Positions 37,233-49,800 of a DNA stretch of 64,000 bases are shown piece after piece. Made by a program: the position numbers and the translations under genes. Source of the stretch: Planctomycetota bacterium (GTDB lineage: Bacteria; Planctomycetota; PLA2; JAEUHO01); assembly GCA_050248855.1 (NCBI GenBank), contig JBFWRP010000004.1, positions 1-64,000 of the forward strand. The letters are read 5' to 3'. The notes below the pieces were generated by a model. It saw nothing but the letters and a program-made list of their open reading frames with translations, did not search any database and was not told the origin of the DNA. Position 1 is the stretch's first letter. Every line of letters starts with the position of its first letter.

Positions 37233-39581
37233 ATGCCCACCCCCGCCAACCCGTCGCCGCCGAGCCGGCTCTCGCGACCGTGGGGCATCGCCCTCGGGCT
37301 GGGCGCGTTGGTGCTGCTCGGCAGCCCACGCCTTGCGGCTGGCGACGGGTCGGGGGCGCGCGAGCCTGCCGGCCCGGCGCCGCAGCAGAACTTCAGCGAC
37401 GTCCACGCCACCGAGGAGTGGGTCCTGCGTGCTTTCCGCGAGGCCGAGCGTGCGTCGGTCGCCGGGCGCCACGCGGAGACGGCGCGTCTGCTGCAGACGG
37501 TCGTCGAGGCCACGACGGGCCCCGACGGCGACGGCGGCGCCGCGCCGTACGTGCTGCCCGTGCACGGCACCGCGTCGTACGAAGGTGCGTGGATCGTGGC
37601 GCGCCACGCCCAGGCCCGCGGCGGCCCGCCCGTCCTCGACGCGCTGGCCTCCGAGCATGGCGCCACCGCCGCCAGGCTCCTGGCGCGCGCGGTCGCCGCG
37701 CAGGACCGCGAGGGCCTCGCCGATGTGGCCTGGCGCTTCCTCCCGCTCGGGGAAGGACGCCGGGCCGCCCTGCTGCTCGCCGACCTCGCCTTGGAACGCG
37801 CGGACCGCGACGAAGCCCTGGAATGGTGCCAGGCCCTGGAAGACCTCGAGGCGGTCTCGGCCGAGCCCGAGGAACGCGTGGCGCCCTGGCGCCGCGCGCG
37901 CATCGTGCGGCATGCCCGGGCCCTGGCGGCGACACGGGCCGACCTCGAGCCGCTCGAGGCGGCCCTGACCCTGCGCGCCGCGCGCCGTACGGCACCCGAC
38001 CGGGGGCTGCTGGCCCTGCCGCTCGAGCGGGTGGCGACGTCGCCCGCTCCCCGCGTCTGGATGCAGGCGGGCGGCGACGCCACGCGGGCCGCACCGGCGC
38101 CGGACGTCGGGCCCAAGCTGCGCCTGGCATGGTGCCTGCGGCCCGGCGAGGTCGAGCGCCCGCTGGCCGACGGGCGCGACCCCGAGGCCCCGGGGCCGCG
38201 GCGGCCCAGCTCGTTCCTGCCCCCGCGCGCCGTCGTCGTCGGTGACCTCGCCCTCGTGTCCGACGGCCTGCAGCTGCACGGTTTCGACCTGGCGACGGGG
38301 CGGGAGCGCGTGCGCGAGCCCTTCGCGTTCAGCTACCTCGACATCACGCGCCGCGACGCGGCGGTGGACGACACGCCCATCGACCGCCGGGCCCGCGCCG
38401 GCTGGATCGAGGGCCACGCCCTGGCGGCTTGGCCGCGCACGCACCCCGACGGCCGCGAGGGCTGGCTCGTGGTGGCGGCCGTCCCGGACGGGCGCCCGTG
38501 GTCGGCGCTCGGCGACGAGCGGGAAGAACGCCTCGACCACATGGAAGCGTTCTTCTTCGACGGTAGCGCCATGGAGCCGCTCTGGCAGGTCGGGGGAGGT
38601 CTCGGCGACACGTCCCCCACCGGTCTCGACCCGTACCTGCGTCTCTACAGCTCCCCGCTGCTCTACCGCGGCTTGGTGTGGGTCGCCGGGTCGTTGCCCT
38701 CGAAGGCCAGCCGGGACCGCGTCGAGTCGTGGCTGGTCGCCCTCGACCCCGACACGGGCGCGGTCGTCAACCGCACGCACGTGGGCTCCGGCACGCCGGT
38801 GCGGCCGGGCCGCGAGGACGAGGTCATGCCCACGGCGCCTGCCGGGGCGGCGGGGCGCATCGTGTACGGGACCGCTCTCGGGCTCGTGGCCGCGGTGTCC
38901 GCTCGCGATGGCCGCGTCGCCTGGGCCTACCGCTACGACCGCGACGTGGAGGTCGACCGCGCGGCGCGCGGTCGCCGTCGCACCGACACGCTCGAGCCGC
39001 GCAGCATCGGGTTCCTTGCCGAACCGCCGCGGTTGGCGCTGGAACGGTGCGCGCTCGCGCCGACCGACGGGCGCGACCTGCTCGTGTTCTTCGACCGCCC
39101 CATCGGCCCGGACCGCGAGCTCCTGTCGCTGGCCATCGACCGCCGCCGCGACCACGTGGACTTCCATCCGGAGTCCGTGCTCGGCCTCGTCGCCGGCCCG
39201 GGCCCGAAAGCCGCCCCGTGGCTGGTCAGCGTGGGCCAAGGCCTGGACACGGGCGAGGTCCCCGGCCCGCTGGCCATCGCCCGCGACCTCGTGTCCGGGC
39301 GCGTCGTGTGGCAGGGGCACCCGGGCCTCGCCACGCTGACCCAGCCCTACGGCACGGCGCTCCTGACCGCGTCCGAGGTCCTGGTGCCGACGCGCGAGGG
39401 GATCGTGCGGTTCGCCCGCGATGACGGCAGGCTGCTGGCCCTGGAGGACCGCCACGACCTGGACGAGCCCGCAGCGGCGGGCGATCCGCCGCTGCCCTAC
39501 GGCAACCTCGTCCCGCTGCCCGGCGGCGGCCTCCTGGCGGTCAGCGCGACCACGGTGTCGTGCTGGCGGCCGGAACGCTAG
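37233..39581 (+). CDS. Exported PQQ-type beta-propeller repeat protein with N-terminal helical/TPR region
   Basis: Signal peptide. Repeats [47 protein letters not shown]-terminal GNLV. Confidence 0.8.
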   Translation: MPTPANPSPPSRLSRPWGIALGLGALVLLGSPRLAAGDGSGAREPAGPAPQQNFSDVHATEEWVLRAFREAERASVAGRHAETARLLQTVVEATTGPDGDGGAAPYVLPVHGTASYEGAWIVARHAQARGGPPVLDALASEHGATAARLLARAVAAQDREGLADVAWRFLPLGEGRRAALLLADLALERADRDEALEWCQALEDLEAVSAEPEERVAPWRRARIVRHARALAATRADLEPLEAALTLRAARRTAPDRGLLALPLERVATSPAPRVWMQAGGDATRAAPAPDVGPKLRLAWCLRPGEVERPLADGRDPEAPGPRRPSSFLPPRAVVVGDLALVSDGLQLHGFDLATGRERVREPFAFSYLDITRRDAAVDDTPIDRRARAGWIEGHALAAWPRTHPDGREGWLVVAAVPDGRPWSALGDEREERLDHMEAFFFDGSAMEPLWQVGGGLGDTSPTGLDPYLRLYSSPLLYRGLVWVAGSLPSKASRDRVESWLVALDPDTGAVVNRTHVGSGTPVRPGREDEVMPTAPAGAAGRIVYGTALGLVAAVSARDGRVAWAYRYDRDVEVDRAARGRRRTDTLEPRSIGFLAEPPRLALERCALAPTDGRDLLVFFDRPIGPDRELLSLAIDRRRDHVDFHPESVLGLVAGPGPKAAPWLVSVGQGLDTGEVPGPLAIARDLVSGRVVWQGHPGLATLTQPYGTALLTASEVLVPTREGIVRFARDDGRLLALEDRHDLDEPAAAGDPPLPYGNLVPLPGGGLLAVSATTVSCWRPER

Positions 39582-39685
39582 GCGACAGCCGACCGCGCCG
39601 GGGCAAGACCCCCATCGCGCAGGGGGTCGTGGGGCCCTGGCGCCATGCTTCAATGCGCCCTCGACCCCGCCCGGAGACCGCGTCC

Positions 39686-40768
<1,083 letters not shown>

Positions 40769-41647
40769 GGTCGTCGATCGGATCGCCGGCCTCGAGCTCA
40801 AGGCGCGCCACATCGTCGAAGGCTACGTCAGCGGTCTCCATCGGAGCCCGTTTCGCGGTTTCTCGGTCGAGTTCGCGGAGCACCGTGAGTACGTCCCCGG
40901 CGACGACGTCCGCTTCCTCGACTGGAAGGTGTTCGGCAAGACCGATCGCCTCTACATCAAGCGCTACGAGGAGGAGACCAACCTCGAGGCGTGGATGGTC
41001 GTCGACATCAGCGGCTCGATGGCCTACGACGACCGCGAGGGCAAGCTCCCGAGCAAGCTGGCGTACAGCACGTGGGGCGCCGCCGCGCTGGCCTGGCTGA
41101 TTGCACGCCAGCGTGACGCGGCGGGGCTCGTGCTGTTCGACGACCGCATCCGGCTCACGCTGCCCGCGCAGTCCAACGAGGCCCATCTGCGCAGCGTCTT
41201 GCGCGAGCTCGAGGCCGCGCGCCCCAGCGGCGCCACGGGCTTCGGGCGGGCGCTTCGCGAGGTGGCCGAAGCCGTTCGTCGCCGCGGCTTGATCGTGCTG
41301 TTCTCCGACCTGCTCGGCGACGAGGACGAGGCGCTCGCCGGCCTCAAGCACTTGCGCCACCGCGGCCACGAGGTGCTCCTGTTCCACGTGCTGGCGCACG
41401 ACGAGGTCACGTTCCCGTTCCAGCGCCTCACGCGCTTCGAGGGCCTCGAGGGTCTCCCCGACCGCATCGCCGACCCCGTCGCGTTGCGCGCGGCGTACCT
41501 GGAGGAGGTGCGCGCCTTCCGCCATCGGTTGCGTCGCGTCTGCGTCGCCAACCGCATCGACCTCGTGGAGCTCGACACCCAGCAAGAGCTCGGCGTCGTG
41601 CTCGCGGCCTACCTCGCCCAGCGCGAGGCGCGGCGCGGGGAGCGACG

Positions 41648-44185
41648 ATGAGCGCGACGCCCGCCGGTCTCCTGCTGCCGCCCGGGTTCCTGATCAACCC
41701 GACGTTGCTCTGGACGGGCCTCGGGCTGGCCTCCATCCCGCTGATCATCCACCTGCTCAACCGGCGGCGCGTGCGGCGCCGCGACTGGGCAGCGATGACG
41801 TGGCTGCTCGCCGCGATGAAGCGCCATCAGCGCCGCCTGCGGCTCGAGCACTGGCTCATGCTGCTGCTCCGCATGGCCGCCGTGGCGTTGCTCGGTCTTG
41901 CCTGGGCGCGCCCCGTGCTCACGGACTCGGCCCTGGCCGGCCTCGTGGGCGCCCGACGCAGCGTCGTGCTCGTCGTGGACACGTCGTACAGCACGCTCGC
42001 CAAGGTGGACGCGCGTTCCGTGGCAGAGCGCATCCAGCAGGAAGCGGGACGGCTTCTCGACGGGCTCGGCCCCGAGGACGCCCTGGCGGTCGTGGTCACC
42101 AACGACCCCGATGAAGCCGACGACGCCGGCGTCGCGCCGTTCGTGCTGCGCCCGCGCTCCGTCGGGGGCGAGGCGGTCGCACGCGCACGCCAAGCGCTCG
42201 CCGCGCTGCATCCGCGTCCGGCCCCGGCGCCCTGGCCCGCCACGTTCGAGCGTGTTCGCGAGCAGCTGGCTCCCGAGGATCCCGAGCGCGAGATCTGGGT
42301 GTTGACCGACTTCCAGGCCTTGGACTGGGCTCCCGGTGCCTCCGCGGGCAGCAGGTCCGATGAGGGCTCCGCGCGCGGCCGCGCCCCGTTGCTGGCGGCC
42401 CTGGAGGACGTGCTGCGCGACCAGGCCCGGGTGCGCATCGTGGACGTCGGAGGCAGCGACCGACGCAACCTCACCGTGGAGTCGGTGGCCGTGAGCGGGG
42501 GCGAAGACGCCTTCGCGGGCCGCCCGCTGCGGCTGGAGGTCGTCGTCGCCAACCACGGTGCCACCGCCGTCACGGGCGCGACCGTGGAGATCGCGCCCGA
42601 CGGCGAGGCCTCACGTCGCGCCGTCCGCGTGCCGGAGATCCCCGCCGCCAGCGTGGCCGCCGACCGTCCGGTGCCGGGTCGACAGACCGTCTACGTGGAT
42701 CTGCCGGCCCTGCTGCTGCAGCAGGCTGGCTGGCGCAGCCTGAAGGCCACCATCCTGCCGCCCGCGGACGACCCCGGCGTGGACGCCTTGGGCTTGGACA
42801 GCGAGCGCGCCGCGATCGTGCACGTGCGACCGCAGATCCGCGTGCTGGCGTGGACGGAGACCAGCCGCACGGAGATCAGCGAGTCCGCCGAGGACTACTT
42901 GCGCGGCGTCTTCGAAGGCGAGATGCCGAGCGGCACGACGTCGCCGGGGCTCGAGCCGGACCTGCCGTGGTTCTTCACCTACCGCGGCGTGCGCGCCGAG
43001 AGCGAGCTGCTGCGCGCGCTGCGCGACCGCGGCAACGACCCGCTCGACCTGGTGGTCTTGGCGAACGCGGCCCCGCGCGACCCGCGCACGTTGAAGGAGC
43101 TGCGCGACTTCGTCAGCGCAGGGGGCGGGTTGCTCGTGTTCCTGGGCGACCAGGTGTCGGACCCGGCCGCCTGGAACGAGCCGTTCTTCGGTACCGACCC
43201 GTCCGAGCGTCTGCTCCCCTTCCCCGTCGGCACGATCGAAGAGCGAGACCGCACGCAGGACGGTGCGATGGCCTTCGACCTCGACCTGGAGCCGCGCGAG
43301 GGTGCCCATCCCGTCGCCCGGGCCTTCGTCGATCCCTCCGCCGAGGGCTGGCTCGCGGCGGTGCCGCCGCGCATCTGGGGTCGCATGGTGTTCCGTCAGG
43401 AGCCGTCCCCCGACGGTGGCCCGACGACGCCGCGGGAGCCCTCCGATGCCGCGGCGGGCCGTCCGGGCGCGGACCCGGTCGTGCTGCGCTACGCAGACGG
43501 TGCGGCGGCCGTCGTGGCCGGCGGGCTGGGTGAGGGACGCACCCTCTGGGTAGGCACGAGCCTGGACAACGGCTGGCTCGGCGAGGCGGTGTTCTTCCGG
43601 CCGATCCTGCTCGAGGAAGCGGGACGCTGGCTCACGGCGTCCCGCGCTCCGTCGCGTGTGCTCGAGGTGGGCGGCCGGCTGCGAGCGCGTGTTCCGCGCC
43701 TGGCCACGCAGGTCCGTCTCACGATCCCGGGCGGGCGCCAGGTCACGCCCACGCTCCGCGACATCGAGGGCAACGAGCTGCAGGCCGACGTCGTGCACGA
43801 TGCGCTCGGCGCGACGGGCGTCTGGACGCTGACGTACGAGACACGCGGGCCCGACGGCGAGATCGTGAACGCCCAGGAACCGTTCGCGGTCGTGCCCGCC
43901 GCGCGCGAGGGTGCGCTCGGCGGCCTGCGACACGACGTGCTGCCCCAGGCGCTGCCGGAGGGCCTCGACATCGAGGTGCTCGATGCGGTGTCGGCCAGCG
44001 AGGCGGCGGTCGACGACGTGCGCCGCGGCGAGATCACGCGCGCCCTCCTGTGGGCCTTGCTGGCGCTGCTCGTGATCGAGAGCCTGCTGGCCGTGATGTT
44101 CGGACGTGCGCGGGCCGCCGCGCCGACCAGCGACCAGCCCACGGACGCAACGGCCGACGCGACGGCCTCCCCGGAGGTCGCGTGA
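41648..44185 (+). CDS. BatA N-terminal + vWA + GATase-like membrane protein
   Basis: PLIIHLLNRRR..AAMTWL..LLLRM..ARP (BatA); VVDTSYS MIDAS; LTDFQ; FVSAGGGLLVFLG; C-terminal TM. Confidence 0.88.
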   Translation: MSATPAGLLLPPGFLINPTLLWTGLGLASIPLIIHLLNRRRVRRRDWAAMTWLLAAMKRHQRRLRLEHWLMLLLRMAAVALLGLAWARPVLTDSALAGLVGARRSVVLVVDTSYSTLAKVDARSVAERIQQEAGRLLDGLGPEDALAVVVTNDPDEADDAGVAPFVLRPRSVGGEAVARARQALAALHPRPAPAPWPATFERVREQLAPEDPEREIWVLTDFQALDWAPGASAGSRSDEGSARGRAPLLAALEDVLRDQARVRIVDVGGSDRRNLTVESVAVSGGEDAFAGRPLRLEVVVANHGATAVTGATVEIAPDGEASRRAVRVPEIPAASVAADRPVPGRQTVYVDLPALLLQQAGWRSLKATILPPADDPGVDALGLDSERAAIVHVRPQIRVLAWTETSRTEISESAEDYLRGVFEGEMPSGTTSPGLEPDLPWFFTYRGVRAESELLRALRDRGNDPLDLVVLANAAPRDPRTLKELRDFVSAGGGLLVFLGDQVSDPAAWNEPFFGTDPSERLLPFPVGTIEERDRTQDGAMAFDLDLEPREGAHPVARAFVDPSAEGWLAAVPPRIWGRMVFRQEPSPDGGPTTPREPSDAAAGRPGADPVVLRYADGAAAVVAGGLGEGRTLWVGTSLDNGWLGEAVFFRPILLEEAGRWLTASRAPSRVLEVGGRLRARVPRLATQVRLTIPGGRQVTPTLRDIEGNELQADVVHDALGATGVWTLTYETRGPDGEIVNAQEPFAVVPAAREGALGGLRHDVLPQALPEGLDIEVLDAVSASEAAVDDVRRGEITRALLWALLALLVIESLLAVMFGRARAAAPTSDQPTDATADATASPEVA

Positions 44186-46839
44186 TGTCGATGCCCATCG
44201 CACCCGTCGTGCTGGCGGCCGCAACGCGGACGACGGAAGGCCCGCTGCGCTTCGAGTCCTTGCCGCCGGCGTGGTTGCTCGTCGTGCTGGTCGTGCTGAT
44301 CGGCGCAGGCTCGAGGGCCCTCTACGCGCGGGAGCGGGGTCGTCCGCCGCCCGGGGGGCGTCTGCTGCTGGGGCTCTTGCGCACGGCGAGCCTCGTGGCG
44401 CTCCTGCTCGTGCTCGCCGCGCCCTACCGCGAGAGCACGACGACGGCCGAGGAGAAGGCCCATCTGGTCGTGTTGCTCGACAGCAGCGCGAGCATGCAGG
44501 TCCGCGACGGCTATCCGGCCGCGATGGCCGAGCGCTTGACGCCGTACGCACGCGGCGCCGCGGATCCCGCCCAGCCCACGCGTGCCGAGCTCGTCCAGGG
44601 CCTGCTCACGGCGGAAGACGGCGCGCTCCTCGCCGCCTGGGCCGACCGCTTCGTCGTGGACGTGTATGCCTTCGATGCGGACTGGCGCTCGCTGGGCACC
44701 ACCCGGACCGGCGAGGACCAGATCCCTGCCATCGTCGAGGGCGTGCGCGCGTTGGCGGCGGACGGGGGGCGCACGCGTCTGGGCGCCGTGCTCCGCCGCG
44801 TTGCCCACGAGTTCGCGCGTCGCCAGGACCAGGACCTGGCCGGCGTCGTGCTGTTCAGCGACGGGCGCGACACCAGCGAGGACGACCCGCCGCAGCAGGC
44901 GCTGGCGAGCTTGGACGGCCTCGAGGGCGACCTGCAGGTCGTCCCCGTCGGGCTGGGCAACCCCGCGACGGGTCGCAACGCGTGGCTCGAGCGTGTGCGG
45001 GCGGGCGACGTCGTCCTCGTGCGCGACGAGGTGCTGTTCGAGACGGCCGTGCGCCACACGGGGTTCGAGGGGCGACCGGCCGATGTCGACGTCGAGATCC
45101 TGCAGATCGCCGATGGCGAGGGCCAGCCGGTCGAGCCCCGCCCCTACGAGCTGCGCCGGGGCTGGGATGCGTCGCTCTCGACGCACGTCGACCGGCTCCC
45201 GCCGGAGGACGAGGCGGGCGCCCCCGTGCGCCTGCGCCTGCCCTTCGATGACGCGGGCACGTTCCAGGTCAAGCTGCGCGTCCGCCTCTCCGATCCCGCC
45301 GACCGCGCGGACGACAACGTGCCCGACGACGACGTGCGCACGCACGAGATCCGCGTGGTCGACCAGCGCATCCGCGTGCTCTACATCGACAACGAGCCGC
45401 GCCACGACTGGCGCTTCCTGTCGAGCTACTTGACGCGCGAGCCGGACGCCCGCTTGGCCCGCGGACGCGAGGAGGCCCGCAGCCGCTTCCAGGTGCACGT
45501 GCTGCTCCAGACGGCCGACCCGAGCTACCCCCAGCCGGCCAGCGTGGGCGAGGTGCCGCTCAAGGCCGTGCCGCGCACGCGCGCCGAGCTCTTCGGCTAC
45601 GACGTGGTCATCCTCGGCGACATCGACGTGGACGCGATGCGGCGCGAAAGCCCCGAGCTGCTCGAGCAGCTCGCCGCGTTCGTCGCGGAGGGCGGCGGCC
45701 TCGTGCTGCAGGCGGGCGTGGACTACCAGAACCCGCTGCAGCTGCTGGAGACGCCGCTGGCCCCCCTGCTGCCCGTCAACGCGAGTCCCCAGGACCGCCG
45801 TGCCTCCCAGACCGTCCACGAGGAGTTCCGCATCCAGCTCACGCCCGCGGGCATCGCCTATCCCGCCTTCGGTGTGGTGCCCGGACGCGACGGGGGCGTT
45901 CCGACGCCCGAGGAGGTTGCCACCATCTGGGCCGGCGACGACCGCTTGTCGTCGGACTGGACGTGGTGGTGGATGTATCGCGCGACAGGAGGCCTGCGCC
46001 CCGGAGCCACGGCCCTGGCACGGGTCCAGGCCGAGGGGCGTGCGGACCTGAAGGACCGCCGCGGCCAGCCGCTCGTCGTGTTCGCGACGATGCCGTTCGG
46101 GCGTGGCCGCGTGTTCTGGAGCTCGCTCGACAACACGGCGCGCCTGCGCCGGGGGCTGCGGGACGCGGTGTTCGGTCCGTTCTGGGAGCAGATCCTGCGG
46201 GACCTGGCGACCTACCGGCTCCTGGGCGGCAACAAGCGCTACAAGATCTTCACGGACGAAGACGAGTACTTCGTCGGCCAGACGGCGACGATCACGATCC
46301 GCGCGTTGGACCCGCGCTTCGAGCCGTTGACGGATCCGTGGCTCGACGGCGTCCGCGTGGAAGTCCTTGGCGAGAACGAGGAGAGCGCCGAGGTGATGCT
46401 CGAGGGCGACCAGCGCCCGGTCAGCCTGCGGGACGAAGGGGCCCCGGGCATGTACCGGCTCTCCCTGCCCCTGACCAAGCCGGGCACGGTCCGCATCACC
46501 ATCGACCGCGAAGAGGTCTCGGGCGGCCGGCGGACGACCGAACGCGCCGAGAAGCGCTTCCCCGTCAACTTCCGGGCGAAGGAGGACGTGCTGCGCGTAC
46601 CCGACCACCGCGCGCTCCTCGACATCGCCGTCACCACCAACCCGGGCCGTGCCGCGAGTGCGCGGGTCCTGGCGATCGACGAGGTGGCCGAGGCGATCGC
46701 CGCCATGCCGGCGCGCCCGCGCGAACGGGTCCTGGAGCGGCGCGAAGTCCCGCAGTGGGATCGCCTGTCCATCCTCCTCCTCGTGGTCGGGCTCTTGGCC
46801 GCCGAATGGGCCCTCCGCAAGCGCTGGCACTTGGTGTGA
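44185..46839 (+). CDS. vWA + glutamine-amidotransferase-like membrane protein
   Basis: TGATG-coupled. LLDSSASM MIDAS, LFSDGRDT, RVLYID, YDVVILGD, FVAEGGGLV, GRGRVF, C-terminal LLAAEWALRKRWHL. Confidence 0.88.
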   Translation: MSMPIAPVVLAAATRTTEGPLRFESLPPAWLLVVLVVLIGAGSRALYARERGRPPPGGRLLLGLLRTASLVALLLVLAAPYRESTTTAEEKAHLVVLLDSSASMQVRDGYPAAMAERLTPYARGAADPAQPTRAELVQGLLTAEDGALLAAWADRFVVDVYAFDADWRSLGTTRTGEDQIPAIVEGVRALAADGGRTRLGAVLRRVAHEFARRQDQDLAGVVLFSDGRDTSEDDPPQQALASLDGLEGDLQVVPVGLGNPATGRNAWLERVRAGDVVLVRDEVLFETAVRHTGFEGRPADVDVEILQIADGEGQPVEPRPYELRRGWDASLSTHVDRLPPEDEAGAPVRLRLPFDDAGTFQVKLRVRLSDPADRADDNVPDDDVRTHEIRVVDQRIRVLYIDNEPRHDWRFLSSYLTREPDARLARGREEARSRFQVHVLLQTADPSYPQPASVGEVPLKAVPRTRAELFGYDVVILGDIDVDAMRRESPELLEQLAAFVAEGGGLVLQAGVDYQNPLQLLETPLAPLLPVNASPQDRRASQTVHEEFRIQLTPAGIAYPAFGVVPGRDGGVPTPEEVATIWAGDDRLSSDWTWWWMYRATGGLRPGATALARVQAEGRADLKDRRGQPLVVFATMPFGRGRVFWSSLDNTARLRRGLRDAVFGPFWEQILRDLATYRLLGGNKRYKIFTDEDEYFVGQTATITIRALDPRFEPLTDPWLDGVRVEVLGENEESAEVMLEGDQRPVSLRDEGAPGMYRLSLPLTKPGTVRITIDREEVSGGRRTTERAEKRFPVNFRAKEDVLRVPDHRALLDIAVTTNPGRAASARVLAIDEVAEAIAAMPARPRERVLERREVPQWDRLSILLLVVGLLAAEWALRKRWHLV

Positions 46840-49800
46840 CCGTGTCCGTGCGCCGCCTGCGCCGGGCTCTCGCGTTGGCGTGCACGATGCTGGCTGCCGG
46901 GCTCGCCACGTCGTCGTACGCCGCTCCGAGCGACGAGGACCCGTTCGAAGCGGCGAAGATGTTCCAGGTTCCCGACACGGTCGCCGCGCGCAACGCCCTG
47001 CAGGAGGCCGACGCCGCCTTCGCGCGCGGCGAGACCCTGGCGGCCCTGAAGGCCCTGCAACGCGTGCTCGACGGGATGACCGACGACTATGCGCGCGTCC
47101 CCGAGGCCGCGCGGCCCGAAGCCCTGTTGTGGCGCAGCGCCGCGGAGGTGGCCGCCGAGCGCCTGGCGCGTCTCACGCCGGAGCAAGCGGCGGCCTACGA
47201 CCACCTCGTCCAGCCGGCGGCCGAGCCCGCGATGGACGCGGCGCTGCGCGCAGGCGACCTGCAGGCCCTGGAGGACATCGCACGGCGCTACGGCGCGTCG
47301 CGCTACGGCGCACGGGCCACGCGCGTGCTGGCGGAGATGGCGCTCGAAGCCGGTCGTGGCCGCGAAGCGGCGCGTCTGGCGGCCGAGGGCCTGCGCTTCG
47401 CGCGCGACGACGTGGGGCTGTGGCGCGTGCGGCTGCAAGGCCTCTCGATCGCCGACGACCGGGCCGCCCTCGAACGCCTGGACCTGCCGGAGAGCCTGGG
47501 CGCCGATCGCGAGACGCTGCTCGGCCTGCGCCGCGCCGCCCTCGCGCGCCTGCAAGGACTGCGCTCCTTTTCGCTCCCGCATGGCTGGGGCGGCGACATG
47601 AGCCGACGCGGGGGCGGGCCCGCGCTCCCCGCGGCGGTGCCCCCGGTGCGCTGGACGGCACCCCTGCCGCGTGCCGACCGCAGCTTGGACCCCACGGCCT
47701 TCTCGGGCGGGCGCCCCGAGCCCACGCCCGACCACTTCGAGGTGTTGTTGGAGACGGCACGGGCGGTCGTACCGGTCATCGACGGGCGGACCGCGTACGT
47801 GGCGGACGGTCGCTCGGTGCGCGCCCTGGACCTCTCCAGCGGGCGGCCGCTGTGGCGCTACGACCACTCGAAGGACGCGCGTCTCATGCGCATCGACCGG
47901 GAGCCCGACGGACGCACGGCGCTGGACCGGGCATTCGCGCCTGTCGTGGCCGGACCGCTGGTGGTCGCCACGGTCGAGGTCCCGCACGTCTTCTACACCG
48001 AGCACCTGAGCGGCATGCCGCTGTCGACGTACCTACCGCGCCGTCGCGTGGTGGCGATCGACCGCTCGTCCGGCGAGGTGGCCTGGATGGCCGGCGGCGA
48101 GGCCGAGGCCCCGCCGTGGCTGCGCGAGGCCTCCGTCGTGGCGCCCGTGGGCGTGGCCGAGGGCGTCGTCGTGGCCTTGGTGGACGAGTTCCTGCAAATG
48201 CACAACGTCTCCGTCGTCGGGTTCGATCTCGCGACGGGACGCGTGCTGTGGCGTTGCCGCCTCGGCTACGGCGCGCGAGAGACGAACCTGTTCGGCAACC
48301 CGCTCCGCGAGCTCGCCGGCAGCGCCGTGGCCATCGCCGACGGGCATGCCTACGTCTCGACGGGCCTGGGCCTCGTGGCCTCCGTCGACGTGCTGGCCGG
48401 GCGCGCGCGCTGGGTCGCCTCGTACACCCCGCTGCCCATCGAGCCCGTGATCACGTGGTACGAGGCGCCGCTCAGGCGTCCGCGCTTCGGGCCGTCGCGC
48501 GTGATCGTTGCCGACGACGTCATCGTCGTCGCGCCCGGCGATGCCGAGCACGTGGCTGCCTACGAGCGCAGCACGGGCCGGCTGCGTTGGCGCATGCCCG
48601 TGGCCGATCGCCTGCCCCGCTCGACCGTCGCCCACCTGATCGGCGTGACGGGGGAAGGCGCCGACGCGTGCGTCATCGTCACGGCCGGACACGTGTCCGC
48701 GCTCGACCTGGCAACGGGCGAGGTCCGCTGGGTCGGGTTCCCGGACCCACGTCCGAGCGACGTCGTCGGGGAAGGCGTGATCGCCGGCGAGGAAGTGCTG
48801 CTGCCCACCCGACAGGGCCTGCAGCGTTTCAGCATCCCGCGCGAGGGCAGCTTCCGCGGCTCGACGCAGTGGCCGGGGAGCGTGGAGCCCGGCAACCTCG
48901 TGGTGGGCGACGACGTGTTCCTCGTCGCGGGCCGCGAGAGCGTGAGCGGCTTCTACGACTGGAACCGCATCGCGGCGCAGATCGAGCGGCAGCGGAGGGA
49001 GCGCCCGGACGACCCGTGGCTGCTCGTCGAGGCCGGAGACCTGTACCTGCGCGGGGGCGAGCTGGGGCGCGCACGCGAGATGTTCCAGGCCGCCGAAGAC
49101 GTCGCAGCGCGGACGGGGGGTGCCGCGGTCGAAGCGGCACGACGCGGACGCGTGGCCACGTGGCTGCACCAGGGTCGCTTGCTCGAGGCCGGCGCGCGCG
49201 AGGCGGAGGCCCTGCAGGCGTACGAGGAAGCGGCGCGCTTGGCGCAGCAGGGCGCCGACCGCATCGAGGCGCGCATGCGGTCGCTGGCCCTGCTCCCGCG
49301 GGGCGAACGCAGGTGGCGCGAGCACCTCGAAGCGCTCGTGCGGGAAGACGGCGACCTGGAGGCCTGGCCCGACCCCGATCGCGCACCCGTGCTGCTCCGT
49401 CCCTGGGCGCGTCTGGAGCTGGCCGAGGCCGCCGCCGCACGCGGGGAGACCGAGCGCGCGATCGACCTCTGGCAGCTCGTCGTGCGCGAAGACCCCGAGG
49501 CCGACGTGCTCGGGCTCGTGGCGGGCCGTGCTGCGCAGGGCCGCATCGAGGAGACGCTGGCGGCAAGCGGGCGCGCCCCCTACGCGAAGCACGAAGAGGC
49601 CGCGCGGCGCCTTCTCGCGGACGCCACGACGGAGCGCGACGTCGATCGCGTGCTCGCTTGGTTCCCGAACAGCCTGGCGCGCGAGGACGCCCTGCGTCGG
49701 CGAGCAGCGCTACGGCGCAAGGCAGGCCGCCTCGCCGAGGCCAGCGAGGACCTGCGCACCCTCGGCTCGACGGCGCGGGAGCCCACGGCCCGCGCCGCGG